NCBI GenBank assembly: GCA_965178125.1
Contig: OZ237739.1
Span: forward strand, 124,001 to 188,000
Reading direction: 5' to 3'
Source: Bilabrum cf. latius
Lineage: Eukaryota
Length of the DNA stretch: 64,000 bases
The position numbers and the translations under genes were made by a program. Below, one piece after another: positions 22,007 to 34,537 of the stretch. Below the pieces are notes generated by a model, which was not told where the DNA came from, did not search any database, and saw only the letters and a program-made list of their open reading frames with translations. Position 1 is the stretch's first letter; each line of letters opens with the position of its first letter.

Positions 22007-25000
22007 ATGCTGCTGCTCCTGCTGCTGCTTGCTTCCATAAGTTACGTTGAACCAACCTTAGATACATGTGAAATGCAACTGTGGGGCCTATTACGGTCAA
22101 GACTTGATGATCAAGGTGCGGAGCTTGCCCGAGGTATTCATGTGTCCGCCAGTGCTCTTGACAGCCAAGCTTGTGAACACTTCATTTCGATCAACTCGAA
22201 CATGCACTCAAATTAGGTGAGTTTATATCTTGCGGGTTATCTGTGTGCGTTTATGCATTCACGGATTCATTGACGCGTACTTTGTAGTGCTCCGTGGCAA
22301 CCCTCGCAGACCTTGATCCGAGTACCATACTCTGCCGTTCTGGCAGTTGACAAGAACAATCCGATTGGGCCAATTGCAGAAAAACATAGAATTGCATAGG
22401 ACTGGTCTCTCGCGCTGATGATATTAGAAGAAAGGAATCTAGGCGAATCGTCGAGGCACGCTCGGTACCTAGGTTGGCTGGCCACTGACTAGAGTAAGCG
22501 CATCGGGGCGTGCTCTCCCGACACCACCTCTGCAGCAGCAGCAGTGGCACCGTAGACATCTTCCCTGGCGCCCGTACTTGCTTCTTTGGATCGACTAGAC
22601 GGCGAGCTGCACACCCATGCAGACCATGGCGAGCTGCAGCAAGCCGCGGGGCGTGTCGTGGGCGCCCTGTCCGTGACCCCCATGCATGCGATCTGCTGGA
22701 CGCCATCGCAGCTGTCCATGGTGCGGGGATCCAAGGCGGCACAAACCGCCGTCACTGCTGTAGTGGACTTTCTCCAGTTTGCGGCGAGCTCCGAATCGAT
22801 CGCCGAAGAGGCGGGCCTGTCGCCAGGGACCCTTGAAGCGTGCAAGCACGCGGCAGCGATCGCAAAGGAACTACTTGCGGTTGACGATGCCGATAGATAC
22901 GAAACGGCCATGCAAGCGCTCGAACAGATGCAGGAAGAGACAGACGGTTAGGGCTCGCGCGCCGCCCTTGTTCGGTGGGCCTACGCCACTGTGCACACGA
23001 GGGCCCTGGAGCTGAGTGAGCTAGGGGAGGATGCCACGGTGCTGCGTGGGGAGCCGCGTGCAAAACAGGCCAGGATCAATGGGCCAGAGAGCACTGACGC
23101 GCCAACACGGCTTGTGTTGGCCCCTCTGGCAGACTTGCTGCTGGGTGCTGGGGCGGTGGTAGGCGCCAGGTAGGTGCCGGTCAGTGCCGCTTTGTCTGTT
23201 TCGACGCGCGCTGCGCCCGCGCCTAGCGAGGAAGATGGCGGCTAGGATGCAGAAGATTCGAGTTATTTCATTGAGGTGCGGGCCGCTGGTCGCATCGCAG
23301 CGGCAGTTGGCGTTCCTGTCGTAGCAAGCCACGGCCAGTGGGCTAGCAACAGCGAGCTGCTTGCGACCACTGGCGCATCGCTGGAGGACAGCCCCCACGA
23401 AGCGCTGGACGTATACATGGAGGCACCATCGACGGACATGGAGCGCCGCAGGATGCAATCAGCATAGTTGAATAGGCGGCAGATGCTGCATAGGCTGCTG
23501 CAGGACGTGCGCGCGGTGCGGCAGCACCATGATTCAGGCACGCTGGCGCTGGAAGGAGCCTCGGCGCTTGGTGCGCAGGGTGCCCACCTCGAGGCCAGTG
23601 TTCTGCGCGTTCTTGCCAAAGGCATCGGGGCCGGCGACAGCTTGTCAGGCACGGGATCTGGATCTCGACCGGAGCTGCGCCAGCTCCTGCAGCACGAGCT
23701 CCGTGTACCGTCCTTCTGCCGATCTTGGAGCGCAGGGCATCCAGGCGGCGAGTCAGGCGCGTACTCCATTCGCAGAGACGACCCCGTACCCGTAGAGCTA
23801 TTGAATGCGGCCCGTATAGCATTCCTGGACTCGGAGGCGCTGGCTCACGAAGGCCTCGCCGTGCTGCTGGTGCGGCAGCAGGTGCTGCTGAGCGAGGCGG
23901 GCGAGCTCGGACTGGTCGCGATGGAGCCGCAGCACCTGGCGCAGGGGCCGCTCGCGATCGCCCGATTCATGAGTACTGAGGCGTACGCTGCGGCTCTTGA
24001 GATGGTGCAAGACACGGGTGCCAAGCTGGGGGCGCCTGGCATCGCTGTCGGGGTGGCTGCCGTGCTGCATCGAGTGCCGCTGGCTCGCGTGGCTGAGCTG
24101 GCTGCGTCGAGCGATACAGTCCAGGATTTCATCCGAGCCATCCACGGCGATGTCGGCCCCTGCCTGCGACCCGCACCGCTGGCCGTGTCTGCGAGCACTG
24201 AGGAGATGGCCTCGCGGCAGCTCCTCGCCGCACTGAGGGGCCTCGAGCAGCAGTATGCCGTGCATCTGCAGACTAGTGTGCCGGCCACGGAACTTTTGCA
24301 TCTGCACCCCGAGGCTGGGCTCTCTGCCAGCGATGAGGATCGCTTGGACGCAGGTGCCATGCATGAGCTGCGGGCCGCCTCGCACGATCTTGCGAGGCAC
24401 CTGCACCTCCTAGAGGAAGTGAGGGACATTGCAAGCGGATCCATGCACCACCATGTCCTTCAAGCCGTCGCCCAGCCTCCAAAGCAGCTGCACCAGTTGC
24501 ACTAGGTGCATGGATCGGGGCGGAGGCAGAGGGCTGCAGCCGCTCCGGCGAAACATTCGGGCCCCGCACCAGCTGACTACTTCGAGTATCACGCCGTCCG
24601 GGTCTTGCTGTCCGAAGTGACGGTGCTGGAGCGCAGCATGCGCGCGACCAGCACGATGCACGCGCTCGCCGAGAGCAGGCTGGAAGCGGTGGAGGCGCTT
24701 GATCGGGAGTTGCTCAACCGGGTGTAGCGTACGGTACTGCGGGCCATGGAAGAGCAAGCCGCGCAGCCTCAGGAGGATCAAGGTGCCTCGCGCGAGGGTG
24801 AGCACGACGCGAGGCGAGCGTAGACAGGGCACCATAGAGCTTCAGACGCGGGTGCAGTTGGACAGGGAGGTGCAGAGACGTTGGAGGTGCTGCCTGACGG
24901 GAGCGTGCGAGAGGTGACGGCGCAACGGGGTCCGCGTGGCGACAGTGGGCAATCGGACGGCAGGTCGGTCCAGCCACGGAACGATGATAATTCCAGGCCG

Positions 25001-25075
25001 GACACGAGGCAGGACGATGCCAGGCCTCGCCGCAGCATAGGCAGGCGGAGATTCAGAAGCGACCGATTCGGATGA
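22007..25075 (+). CDS. SET-domain (SETD3/Rubisco-LSMT-like) protein with degenerate active site and N-terminal hydrophobic signal (exons 22007-22216, 22310-25075; ~990 aa)
   Basis: Single frame broken only by TAG. LSMT-like motifs LIRVP, LALMILEE..LGESS....YL, WTPSQLSMVRGS, WAYATVHTRAL, LVLAPLADLL and SNSELL. TGA at 25073. Confidence 0.65.
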
Positions 25076-25248
25076 GCACGCCGAGCAGCAATGGTCGATG
25101 GGTGGGGCAGGCGTCCCAAGCATGAGACGGAGCTCGGGCGCATCTAAGGGCAACACATGTCTGAATTGACCGCAACAAGAATGTGCCGTTCGTTAAAGTA
25201 CCACATCGTACCGGCAGACCCATCCATGACTCGATTCATGCATAAAGG

Positions 25249-25298
25249 TCATCCAGTCGCTGGACACTCCAGCAGCAGAGCTGTAGCAGGCTTGTCAT

Positions 25299-25330
<32 letters not shown>

Positions 25331-26979
25331 GCAGCTGTGGCTTCGCTTCCCTTGGCGCTGGGAGCAGCGCCAGGGCTAGCTGCACCATCGTCCACACTGC
25401 AGAGAGCCTCGATCGCTGCTGCGGCGAACACTTCCTGCAGTCCAATCTCGTACGCTCGAATTGGGACCAGCCTCGTCTCAGCTGTGCCGCTAGCTGTCGG
25501 CCTGCCCGTCGCATGTTCTGCCCCTGCACTGTCCTAGCATCCAATGTCAGCAGAAGAGCTGCTCTCATGTTTATCTGCAGCAGCACCGTCGGCCAGCAAT
25601 CTTTTTGCCGCAGCTGCAGTCCCAGCAATGACCCCAGCATCTGCCGCGCTGCACACTGCACCCAGCACAGTCTCCACAGTGTATCCCCCCGGGTCATTCA
25701 AGTTCACCGCCACTTCCCATCGCCCGCGCCCATGCGGGAGCGCCATACTCTCGCATCGGGGAACACCACCGCCCCGCTCGCTCGCAGCCCGCGCGATGCG
25801 CCTGCACACTGCGGGCAGTCGGCGGCGAGCACCAGCACCAGCACCAGCACCGGATGCGGACTACGAAGCTGCCCCAGAAATCGCCCCTACGGATACAGAT
25901 GCAGCCCCTTTCCCCGGCCCTGCATCGCGCGCACCAGCACCTTCCTAGGGAGCATATGCCTTGCTTTGCCAGCCCTGCGGCGCGTCGCCACGTTTTTCTA
26001 CTCCCGTTGTGGCCCGGCCGTCCCACACGTCCGCGTCCGCGAACTCGATGTTGAGGTTCGTGATCAGGGGACACGCGCCCACCACCACTGTGGGCTAACG
26101 GGCGTCTCGGCCTGCTTCTGAATCGATAGCTCTCCCCTTAATGGGGGGTTTGCCATGCTATCCACCGGCAGACGACGGCACGGTCCCATCCTGAAAGTAC
26201 CCGCGCATGCGTCGCCTAACCGACACGAGCGATTCACCGGTCGTGCTCGCCCACCCGTACATCTCACATCGACCCAGCGGAACTTGTCCAGAGCTTGCAT
26301 TGTTTGTCATTAATGCACTGGAGCCCCGCCCCTCGATGGCCTCGGCAATGAACCTCGCGATGGCTGCGCCCTCGCGCTTGACCACGCTCGCCTCTCGCTC
26401 CCCGATGGCATCCAGCCAGGACCACTGCGAGCTGGCGCTCGGCAAGGCGGGGCTATCTTTGCTTCTGTCGATCGCTGTTTCTATGTCGATCGTTCTAGCA
26501 AGATGCTATTTGGCGAGATTCCATGCTGTTCTGGCCGGTCCAGTTGCCTCAGGCGTGGATGACGTGCGTGCCGTCAAACGCACAGGCTGAACAGATATGT
26601 GATCAAGAAACGACACAGCTGGATGTACGGAGTCTTCTTTGGGACTAGAAATTGTGCGGGTGCTACTTGGCGCTATGCTGTAGCTCTCAAGTGAACGCTC
26701 AGCTCGGAGCACCTGATCAACTCCCTGTTCGGGCAAGGCAGGCTCCGGCCCCAGAATCTCGCGACTCAGCGACGCTGCTGCAGAGCGTATCGAAACAGAA
26801 TCTAGAGCGCCAATTGTGATTGACGTCCTGGCATAGACTGGATCTCTGAAGCTGTACAGCAAAGCTGCAGATTCCGTGGTGTTGCAACAGCGCATGGCAG
26901 AGCGGCGTATTCGTGCTGCCGTCCGAGCTCCACCGACAGACACATATAAATGTACCAGCCATCCAATTCGTAGTGTCAT
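25249..26979 (-). CDS. Formiminotransferase-domain protein (FTCD N-terminal subdomain / FTCDNL1-like; 576 aa)
   Basis: LLYSFRDPVYARTSITI, HPAVSFLDHISVQP, MYGWAS...LVSVRR...YF, VVGACPLITNLNI, RRIARAASERGGG...MALPH...EVAVNL. One frame across several TAGs; TGA at 25249. Confidence 0.8.
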
Positions 26980-27091
26980 TTCACGATAGACATGTTTGTT
27001 ATCTGCGCGGCGAAAGCCCCAGTGCAGCTGCATGCGATGCACCTGCACGAAACCCGAAAATGATCACTTAAACGTACATTCACGCAGTTAT

Positions 27092-27794
27092 ATGGCAACA
27101 ATGGCTCTGTCTCGGCGTTCATAGGTACTAAGACTGTATATGGATGCAATAAGGACGATACGGCGCGTGAGATCCCCGCGGTTGGGCGATACTATTTGTT
27201 GCATCTCCAGACTGTATCGGGTTGTTGTACAGAACCATCGATGCTTCGCTCCCTGCAGGTATTCCATGGCGATTCTAATGCACTCAAGATGAGTATGCAG
27301 CAAGCCAGGTAGATGTTTGAGGCAAACCGAAATGTCGAAGACGAGGGACAGATTGGTGAGGCCATGCATGCCAATGGACCGTGGCAGCACCCGTAGCAAC
27401 CTCGTCACTGGCCAAATTTGCTTATAGATGCGCCATTTTCGCAGACTCTGCTATTTGTGAAGGCTAGGATGGAGTTGCATTTTTGAGCCAGCACATAGTA
27501 CAGGGCAAAATGGAGAAGGAGAATACGTATTCCATCAAGGTTGAGCCGCACCATGGCATGGGCGAAGACCAGGACGCAGATGACGACCTCGCCGCGTTCG
27601 AATCAAGCAGTCCAGACGTGCGAGACAGCGGCCCGCACACGAGCACGCTGCACATCCGCTCCGCCCAGGATAGCCTGAAGCCACTGCCGGAGGAGGACGG
27701 CTGCTGCGGGGGGCACCACCACGACGGAGACGGGGAGGGGCATGGGCACAGCCACGGGGGAAGTGCAAGTAGCAGCACAGAGGGGCGATAGTAA
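27092..27794 (+). CDS. LYRM7: LYR-motif complex III assembly factor LYRM7/Mzm1-like (exons 27092-27166, 27259-27355, 27445-27794; 173 aa)
   Basis: S*VLRLYMDAIRTIRR|VFHGDSNAL....AR*MFEANRNVED...I|DSAICEG*DGVAFLSQHIVQG, followed by a Cys/His-rich tail. Ends TAG-TAA. Confidence 0.78.
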
Positions 27795-27989
27795 AGCTGC
27801 TTCCTTCCATTTGCAATGAGTGTACAGACGAGTTCACGTTCACAGAGTGCAAGCAGCCACCGCAACCGCAACCGCCACCGCTACCGCAAGTGTTCTAGTC
27901 CACCCTAACCCGCTGCAGCATCCCACCTGGCTGTGCTGCTGTAGAGCAGAGCCCAACTAAGAAAGCTCCTAACTCTCATGTCCCGCCTG

Positions 27990-28383
27990 CACCCTCGGTT
28001 CTTCTCCTCTTGGCCACAGGGCCCTCAGGATGCCCCCCCACGCCCACCCTCGGTTCTTCTCCTCTTGGCCACAGGGCCCTCAGGATGCCCCCCCACGCCC
28101 ACCCTCGGTTCTTCTCCTCTTGGCCACAGGGCCCTCAGGATGCCCCCCCACGCCAACCCTCGGTTCTTCTCCTCTTGGCCACAGGGCCCTCAGGATGCCC
28201 CCCCACGCCCACCCTCGGTTCTTCTCCTCTTGGCCACAGGGCCCTCAGGATGCCCCCCCACGCCCACCCTCGGTTCTTCTCCTCTTGGCCACAGGGCCCT
28301 CAGGATGCCCCCCCACGCCCACCCTCGGTTCTTCTCCTCTTGGCCACAGGGCCCTCAGGATGCCCCCCCACGCCAACCCTCGG
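27990..28383. repeat. 55-bp minisatellite, ~7.1 near-identical copies
   Basis: Unit caccctcggttcttctcctcttggccacagggccctcaggatgcccccccacgcc; ACCCTCGG recurs at 27991, 28046, 28101, 28156, 28211, 28266, 28321 and 28376. No unique spacers. Confidence 0.95.
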
Positions 28384-30489
28384 ACACGCCTTCTCGTTGT
28401 CCCTGCCCCCACCTGCGCGACAACCAGAACTAGATTCACCTGGGGGCTAGGAAGCTCCCACGGGCTTCAAGTCGGGTGGAAGTGTTCCATGCTGCTGCTG
28501 CTGCTCTGTGGTCTAGAACCCTGTGCTACTGCCGCTACGCACCCCTGCCCCTGCCCCTCCTCCTGCTCCGGCTCCTGCTCCTGCTCCTGCTCCTGCCCTC
28601 ATGGCGCTGGCTTCACTGCGATTCAGGGTCTACAGGAAGCTGGTCAGCCGACCAACAGCTCCACTAGCGGACTGCTACCGGCTGGTCCGGCCATCTGATC
28701 CAGAGCATGCCACTGCCACTGGACCGCTGGTCCTCGTCGTCATCGCCGTAGTGCTCGCTTCGCACGCTGACGAAGCCGAACTTGCCGCAACACTGTTACC
28801 TTTTGATGCTTGCTATGAAGCAACTTGTTCCCTGGCTTGAGGTACGGTCTAGCGCACGACCGCCTACTGGCTCAGGAGGTACTGGAGGGCAGCACCCTCG
28901 GCTGCCCGTGCAGCCGCGTCGTCGTTATCCGCGATGCCCGTGTCGCTTGTCCATCCGCGTGCAACTCTTGGGGTGCCTGGCTGATCTGCAGTTGAATTTA
29001 AGGTTCCGCCAAGCGGCTGCATCGCCGCATGCCCACTCATTCTTGCCATGGCCATCGAGGCGGCGGCCACCGCGGCCCTTGCTGCTGCCGTGGCGGGGTC
29101 CTAGTCATCGTCACACTGGGCCTCTCCTTTCGCTGCGCCTGTCTCTGTCTTTGCTTCTGCTTTGTGGCCGCTGGGAGCTGACCCCGCTTGCACGCCCACC
29201 TGTTGACTTGAGGTGGAGGGTACGCCCGACAACGACGACCCGGTTGTGCTCGGTGGCAGCCCCCCGCTGCTGGTCGAGCTGAAGCCGCTATGGCCCCCAC
29301 GGGAGGTTGCCAGGCCCCTAGCCCAAGGAGTCAGCTGCAGTGCACTGCTGTGCGCGGGTGGGGACAGACCAGCCAAAACGGAGCTGGGTATTGAAGGGGT
29401 GAAGAGCGGGGGCGGTCGCTTGGATTGCAGAGACAAGCCTGTCGAGGATGATGACGAGCTCGAAGATGAGGAAGAGGCATTCTAGCCACGTCCACTTGTC
29501 ATTCGATCGCCGCAATCACTGCTTCCACTCTCGTCTCCATCGCGTTGTAGAATACTTGAGTCGGCGGCTGCAGCCGCAGCCTCTCGCTACGGCCCGATCG
29601 AGGTATACGCCCTAATCGCCGCGATCTGCTGCATGCTGCGGGGCTCCAAAAGACTTGGCCTGTGTTCGGACGGGACTTCCTGCATGGCAGCAATCCCATG
29701 CTAGGCACTGCTCGAGCCACGAGTCATGGCACTTGAGCCGGCAGCGCTAGCAGCAGCTGTAGCAGCACCTGCCGCAGCCGTAGGGCCAGGACCACCGCGA
29801 GCTATTCTACTCTCCGATTGCGCCACTATCCCTGCTAGGGCCACTGGGTTCATGGGCTGCACAGTCCGAAGGAGGGCGAGGATGCCCTGAGTGGAGAGGC
29901 ACAGCGGCGCTCGGCCGCCCAGGGCACTTGCTTCGGCCTCTGCTCGCTTCGAGTACTTGCCCCGCATGACTTCGCCCTAGATTGCCGGCGTATAGATCTA
30001 GAGAGAGTAGTTGAAAAACGCTCCCGGTTGGTCCAGCACGCACCACATCTGCAGCAGGTCGCGCGGCTCGACCTGGCACGATTCTCCCGGTCGCACGTGC
30101 TGCAGGGTCGACCCAGCCGCTGCTGGAGATAGAGCAACACTCAGGGGCTCAGACTTCAATTTGAGTATCCACCTATCGAAATGGTTCCCCAAGTACGGCA
30201 CCCTGCGAGCTGCAGCTGCTCTCCTTGACACTGTGTCTTGCGCACCGTCCTGCAAGTGAATCGCTGCGTCCGCCTCCTTTTCACTTTGAGACAGCCTCTT
30301 GGCCTCTAATCGTCCCAATAATCGTATTCTCGGTTCTACCTGCTCCTCAAGAACAACGTATATCATACCGAAGAACTTGCGACTGTTTGAAACGTCCGCG
30401 TCCGAGCATCGAATTGCGAAGCTTCCCTCCCCGCCAGCAAACGAACATCGGAGCAAATGCTGCTGCATCTACTGCTACATGGTACTCAT
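28300..30489 (-). CDS. Hypothetical protein (729 aa) with low-complexity C-terminal half and C-terminal NLS-like PVAKRRRT
   Basis: One frame with only TAG interruptions, from ATG 30489 (MSTM*Q*MQQH) to TGA at 28300 inside the minisatellite. Confidence 0.7.
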
Positions 30490-30670
30490 CTCATTGTCGT
30501 GCGCTTCTCATGCTTTATACCGATCTGAATCGTTACAACTTGCGTCTACTTTTTCGTGCTCGGTTCTGTCGACCATCGTACAGTGCAGTGCACCTTCCTC
30601 TGCGGGAACGCGGGGAAGCTTTTCACGTCCGACCAAGGGTCTGTTAGTGGATTTCACACGAAATCGTGCG

Positions 30671-33600
30671 ATGGAAGCGGTTTTAAACTAGACTGAAATT
30701 GTCGGCCAGGCGCGAGAGGAGCTATTGGAGGCATGGTGGCGCTTACAGACCATGTTTCTATCGCAGTCCACCCATGTATCCGTGATTGACTCACCCAGAG
30801 CACTAGGGTCCATGCTACTGGCTGCAACCCTGCTTCCTATGATGTTATTGCTACCAATGATTCTCGCTGGGGGGTTTATCCCATTTCGAACCGTCACTCG
30901 TTTCTTTGACGAAGGGAGCGGGCCAGACTGCTGCTGCAGGCTATACGTGTGCCACAGTCAAAAGATGGCGAACGTTAGGCAGCGATGTCACGCCGGGTGT
31001 CCAAAATGGCTATGTTGGATATTTGAGGCGCTCTGTTGTTGCGGACGTCCCCAGGGATGGCGAAATTTGTGCTGGTTTGGAGTACTGTGTTGCGATCGTG
31101 GAGGGCGGTGGGCTCTCGCTGAGCGCCGCAAAAGCGGTTCTCGCAGCGAGCCCGTGTGGTCGATGATCCTGTGCTACGCAGGCCGCACCATCCAGTTCGA
31201 GCACTGGGTCGTGTCCAGCATATCCGAGTACGGCTCCCCGCGAGGCACCACTGCCGCCAAGCTGCTCATCGGCATGTCCATCGCCGTATCGTGCCTCGGA
31301 ATGGCCTCCGTCCTGCTGAGCGACCATAACTCTGAAAATCATACGTAGCATGGTCGATCATATCGCGATCTCTCTTGCCACGGACTCAAATCGGTGGGCA
31401 GAGGGCATGCGCCACTGGGGGAAGCTGGGGCAGGCCCAGGCGCAATGAGGGCACACCAGGCGTCTGAACTCAATATTGCGAAATAGAATACGTCTGAGGT
31501 GAAGTTCTTGGCCCCGCTGCACGAGATGGCCTCATTGGAGCTCGGATGTACCACTCCCACGCCAAGCACTGGCCAGGTGGCACCTGAGGGCACGGGCACT
31601 CCACAAGGCGATGGGGCTGCCGGTGAGGTGGCACCTGAGGGCACGTGCACTCCACAGGGCGGCGGGGTGGGGGCGGTGGACAGCAGCGAGTAGAGCCTCA
31701 AAGAATGTCGCGCGCCTGATAACCATCCCCCAGCTGCCGACAGAGCGTTTTGGTTCTGGGCCTACCGCCCCATGATGCTGATCGCCTTCGGCTGCCTCCT
31801 CTTCGTCGGCCTGTACGAGATCAATAATGACGCCGTGCCGATTTTCGACGCGCTGCACACTCTCGGTGCCATCGCATACGTCGGCCTGTCCACCACCGCG
31901 CTGCTGCTCGAGGCTGGCATCCGCGAGAGCGCAGTCTGGGTGCACGGTACCGGATCCCAGGGTGGCGTCGAGATGCAGGGCCTGCTATCTGGCATCTCGG
32001 GTCAGGACGTGGTTGTTGGTCGTGCCGTTCATGCGCTGGCCGCGCTGACACTGCTGCTTTTCCTGCTGTTCTGCGTGCTGAATGCGCTAACGGGAAGGTA
32101 CTGCGAAGGCGTGGACGATCGGCTGAAGCTGGGTTTCGCTCGCACGCAGGGCAGGCACTTTGTGAGGCTCGCCTGCATCGAGACGACGTGCGAGTACCGG
32201 CCACCCAAGGAGATATACCACCCCCAGGGCTCACTTGGCGTGTTGCTGGCCGCCCGTCGGCTGGTAGAGCACGTCGGGTCGCTCGGGCTGGACAATGACA
32301 GCACGGTAAGCAGGATCGTGGCGAGGCAGGTGGTGCGGCTGTCTGACGAGGGGCTGAGGCTCGCCCGCCGATTCGGGTCGGATTGGGTGAGGACTGACGG
32401 GGTCCCGAGGCTGGTGCTGACTCTTAGCGACTGGGGCCGAGGCAGCCGCACACAGCCCTCGAATGTCGCGCGGGGCGGGCGAGGGTCACGGGGCGATCGT
32501 TCGAGCGGCGCCACTGCAGGTACAGCCAGCGAGCAATCCGTGGAAGCCGACTCGAGCCAGGCCATGGAGTCGCCACGAGTGCATGGATCGAACCCTGAAG
32601 CCGCGGCGCTCGACCGTCAGGATCGTTCCGATCTGGTCGCCAAGGCACCCTCGGCATCTGCGTGCGCTCGCGCCCAAAAGGTGCTCAGCACCAGAACCAC
32701 GAGCGTCACCCCCGACGGAGGCGGCATCATGCATGCCCTGAACCCGGTGCTGTGGTGCTGCTGCAGCTGCTGCTCGGTGCGCATGCGTTATGATGCTGGG
32801 CTTGTGTACGCAGTCAATCCCGAGCTCATCCTGAAGGAGGCAGGCGCAGGTGGTTCGCCCCGAGCACTGTGGCTGTCAGATCTGCCCTGCTTCTCCTTCC
32901 CCGGTGACTCGCTGACGTGGCGGAAGCCGGTGTGGTGCGGAGGCCGGCCGCTACCAGGGTCGGCTCGTCGGCGGTTCGGAGCGGCGTGGGATGCCGGTGG
33001 GCCGCAGCAGCGCTGCAGAGCGTGCTGCTGCGGGCTGGGGTCAGAGACGAGGGACGGGGCGAGGGCCAGCTGGGAGGAGCTGGGCGTGCCCGACGTGGTG
33101 TGGAGACCTGGAGACCAGGTGTTCACGGGAGACCGGTTCTGGATCGCGAACGCAGACATGCACGCGGACACAGACACGGACGCGGGCTGGGGCCTTGTGG
33201 GGCTGCTGAAGCGGGAGGTGGAGCTGCTTCGTGACGAGGCAAGGGCGGGGCCCTCGCTCGCTGTGGAGCCTACGTACGAGGTGCGCGCTTTGTACGGGCG
33301 CGAGCAGTGCGTGCGGTGGATCAAGTGCGAGGGCATGCCGCAGGACGAAGACGACGGGGGCGACGAGCACGGAGATGAATCACCTGTGGAATCCCGCGAG
33401 GCAGCGTTCGGTGAGAGCTCGGCTGGAAGGCAGTTGACGGCGCCATCCGCACCGTCGATGCAAGTGTACAACAGCAGCAGCAAGCGCACGGCCAAAACAT
33501 CGACGGTGGAACCGGTGGCTGTGGCGGGTGTGCCCACGCGCGGAGAGATGCTGCCAGTGCCCGGGGGCCTGTTCCCTCCTCCCGCCAGCCGAGCGAGTGC

Positions 33601-34537
33601 CTTTGCCCTGGGGAGTTTCCTCGACACGGGGGCGGCGACGGCGGCGGCGATGGCAGGGAGGCAGGCCGCGGCGGACCGCCGTCTTAGGGCAGAGACAGGT
33701 GCGTCAGGCAGCGGCAGCAGCAGCGGAAATCTGCTCGGCATGCTGTCAGGGGCTGGTGCTGGCGCCTCCGAGTCGGACCCACTGTCCGAGTCAGGCCCGG
33801 TCACCAACGCACACGGGCATTCCCAGGAGGCTGGGTGGGCGGGGCTGCTGCGGAGGAGGGCAAGGGGGAGGGCGGCCCGAGCTGCAAGGAGACGGGCGGC
33901 GGAGTGGGCGGTGTGGAGGGACGACCCGTCCGACCTGGCAGTGGCAGAGGCAGAGGCAGAGGCAGAGGCACCAACGGGCGGGAGCGGGAGCAGGAGCGGG
34001 AGGGGGTCCATGGTGCCGGTGGCCGGGCCTGCAGATGTGCCCGGCAGTGGAGTCGGGGTGGTGACTCGGCGCGGGGAAGCCGCATCTGACGCGGTGACCA
34101 AGGCAACCGGGGGCAGGAGGCAGGGGTCTGTGGGGAACACAGGGGGGTTAGAGGAGGAATCGGGCGGGGCAGCCAGGAGGTCTAGCAAGGGGGGTAGTGC
34201 GGGTGTGCGCTACCTGGGCTGTGGCAAGGGGAACGGGAAGGATTCGGACGATTCGGAGGAACCTTCGTCAGACTCGGACTCGCCTTTGTCGGGCAGCGGG
34301 GCGGGGTCAGACCCGGCCTTTGACGCGGCCCTGCGGTTCAGGAACGGGTTCCCTGGTCACTCGTCACTGCGGCCACACCTTGCTCGCGTGCGCTGGGAGT
34401 ATCACTGGCGCCGCCTGCTCCGGTCCATCCTGTTCGTGGGGGTGGAGGCTGTGGCATTCGCCGCCCCGGTTGTGGCTCACGTGGTGCTGTTGCTGCACGC
34501 GCCAGTGAGAGGTGACTTTGGCTTGCTTGATGAGTGA
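30671..34537 (+). CDS. Multi-pass membrane protein, Frag1/DRAM/Sfk1 (or DUF998)-like, with very large insertions (1,288 aa)
   Basis: About six hydrophobic segments; SSISEYG after TM1, LHTLGA in TM4, Glu in the last TM (VGVEAVAF). In frame across TAGs at 30689, 31346, 31484 and 31691; TGA stop. Confidence 0.6.

Noticed and set aside
27990-28383. CRISPR array
   Set aside because: Head-to-tail identical 55-bp units with no unique spacers, no cas genes, and a eukaryotic context.
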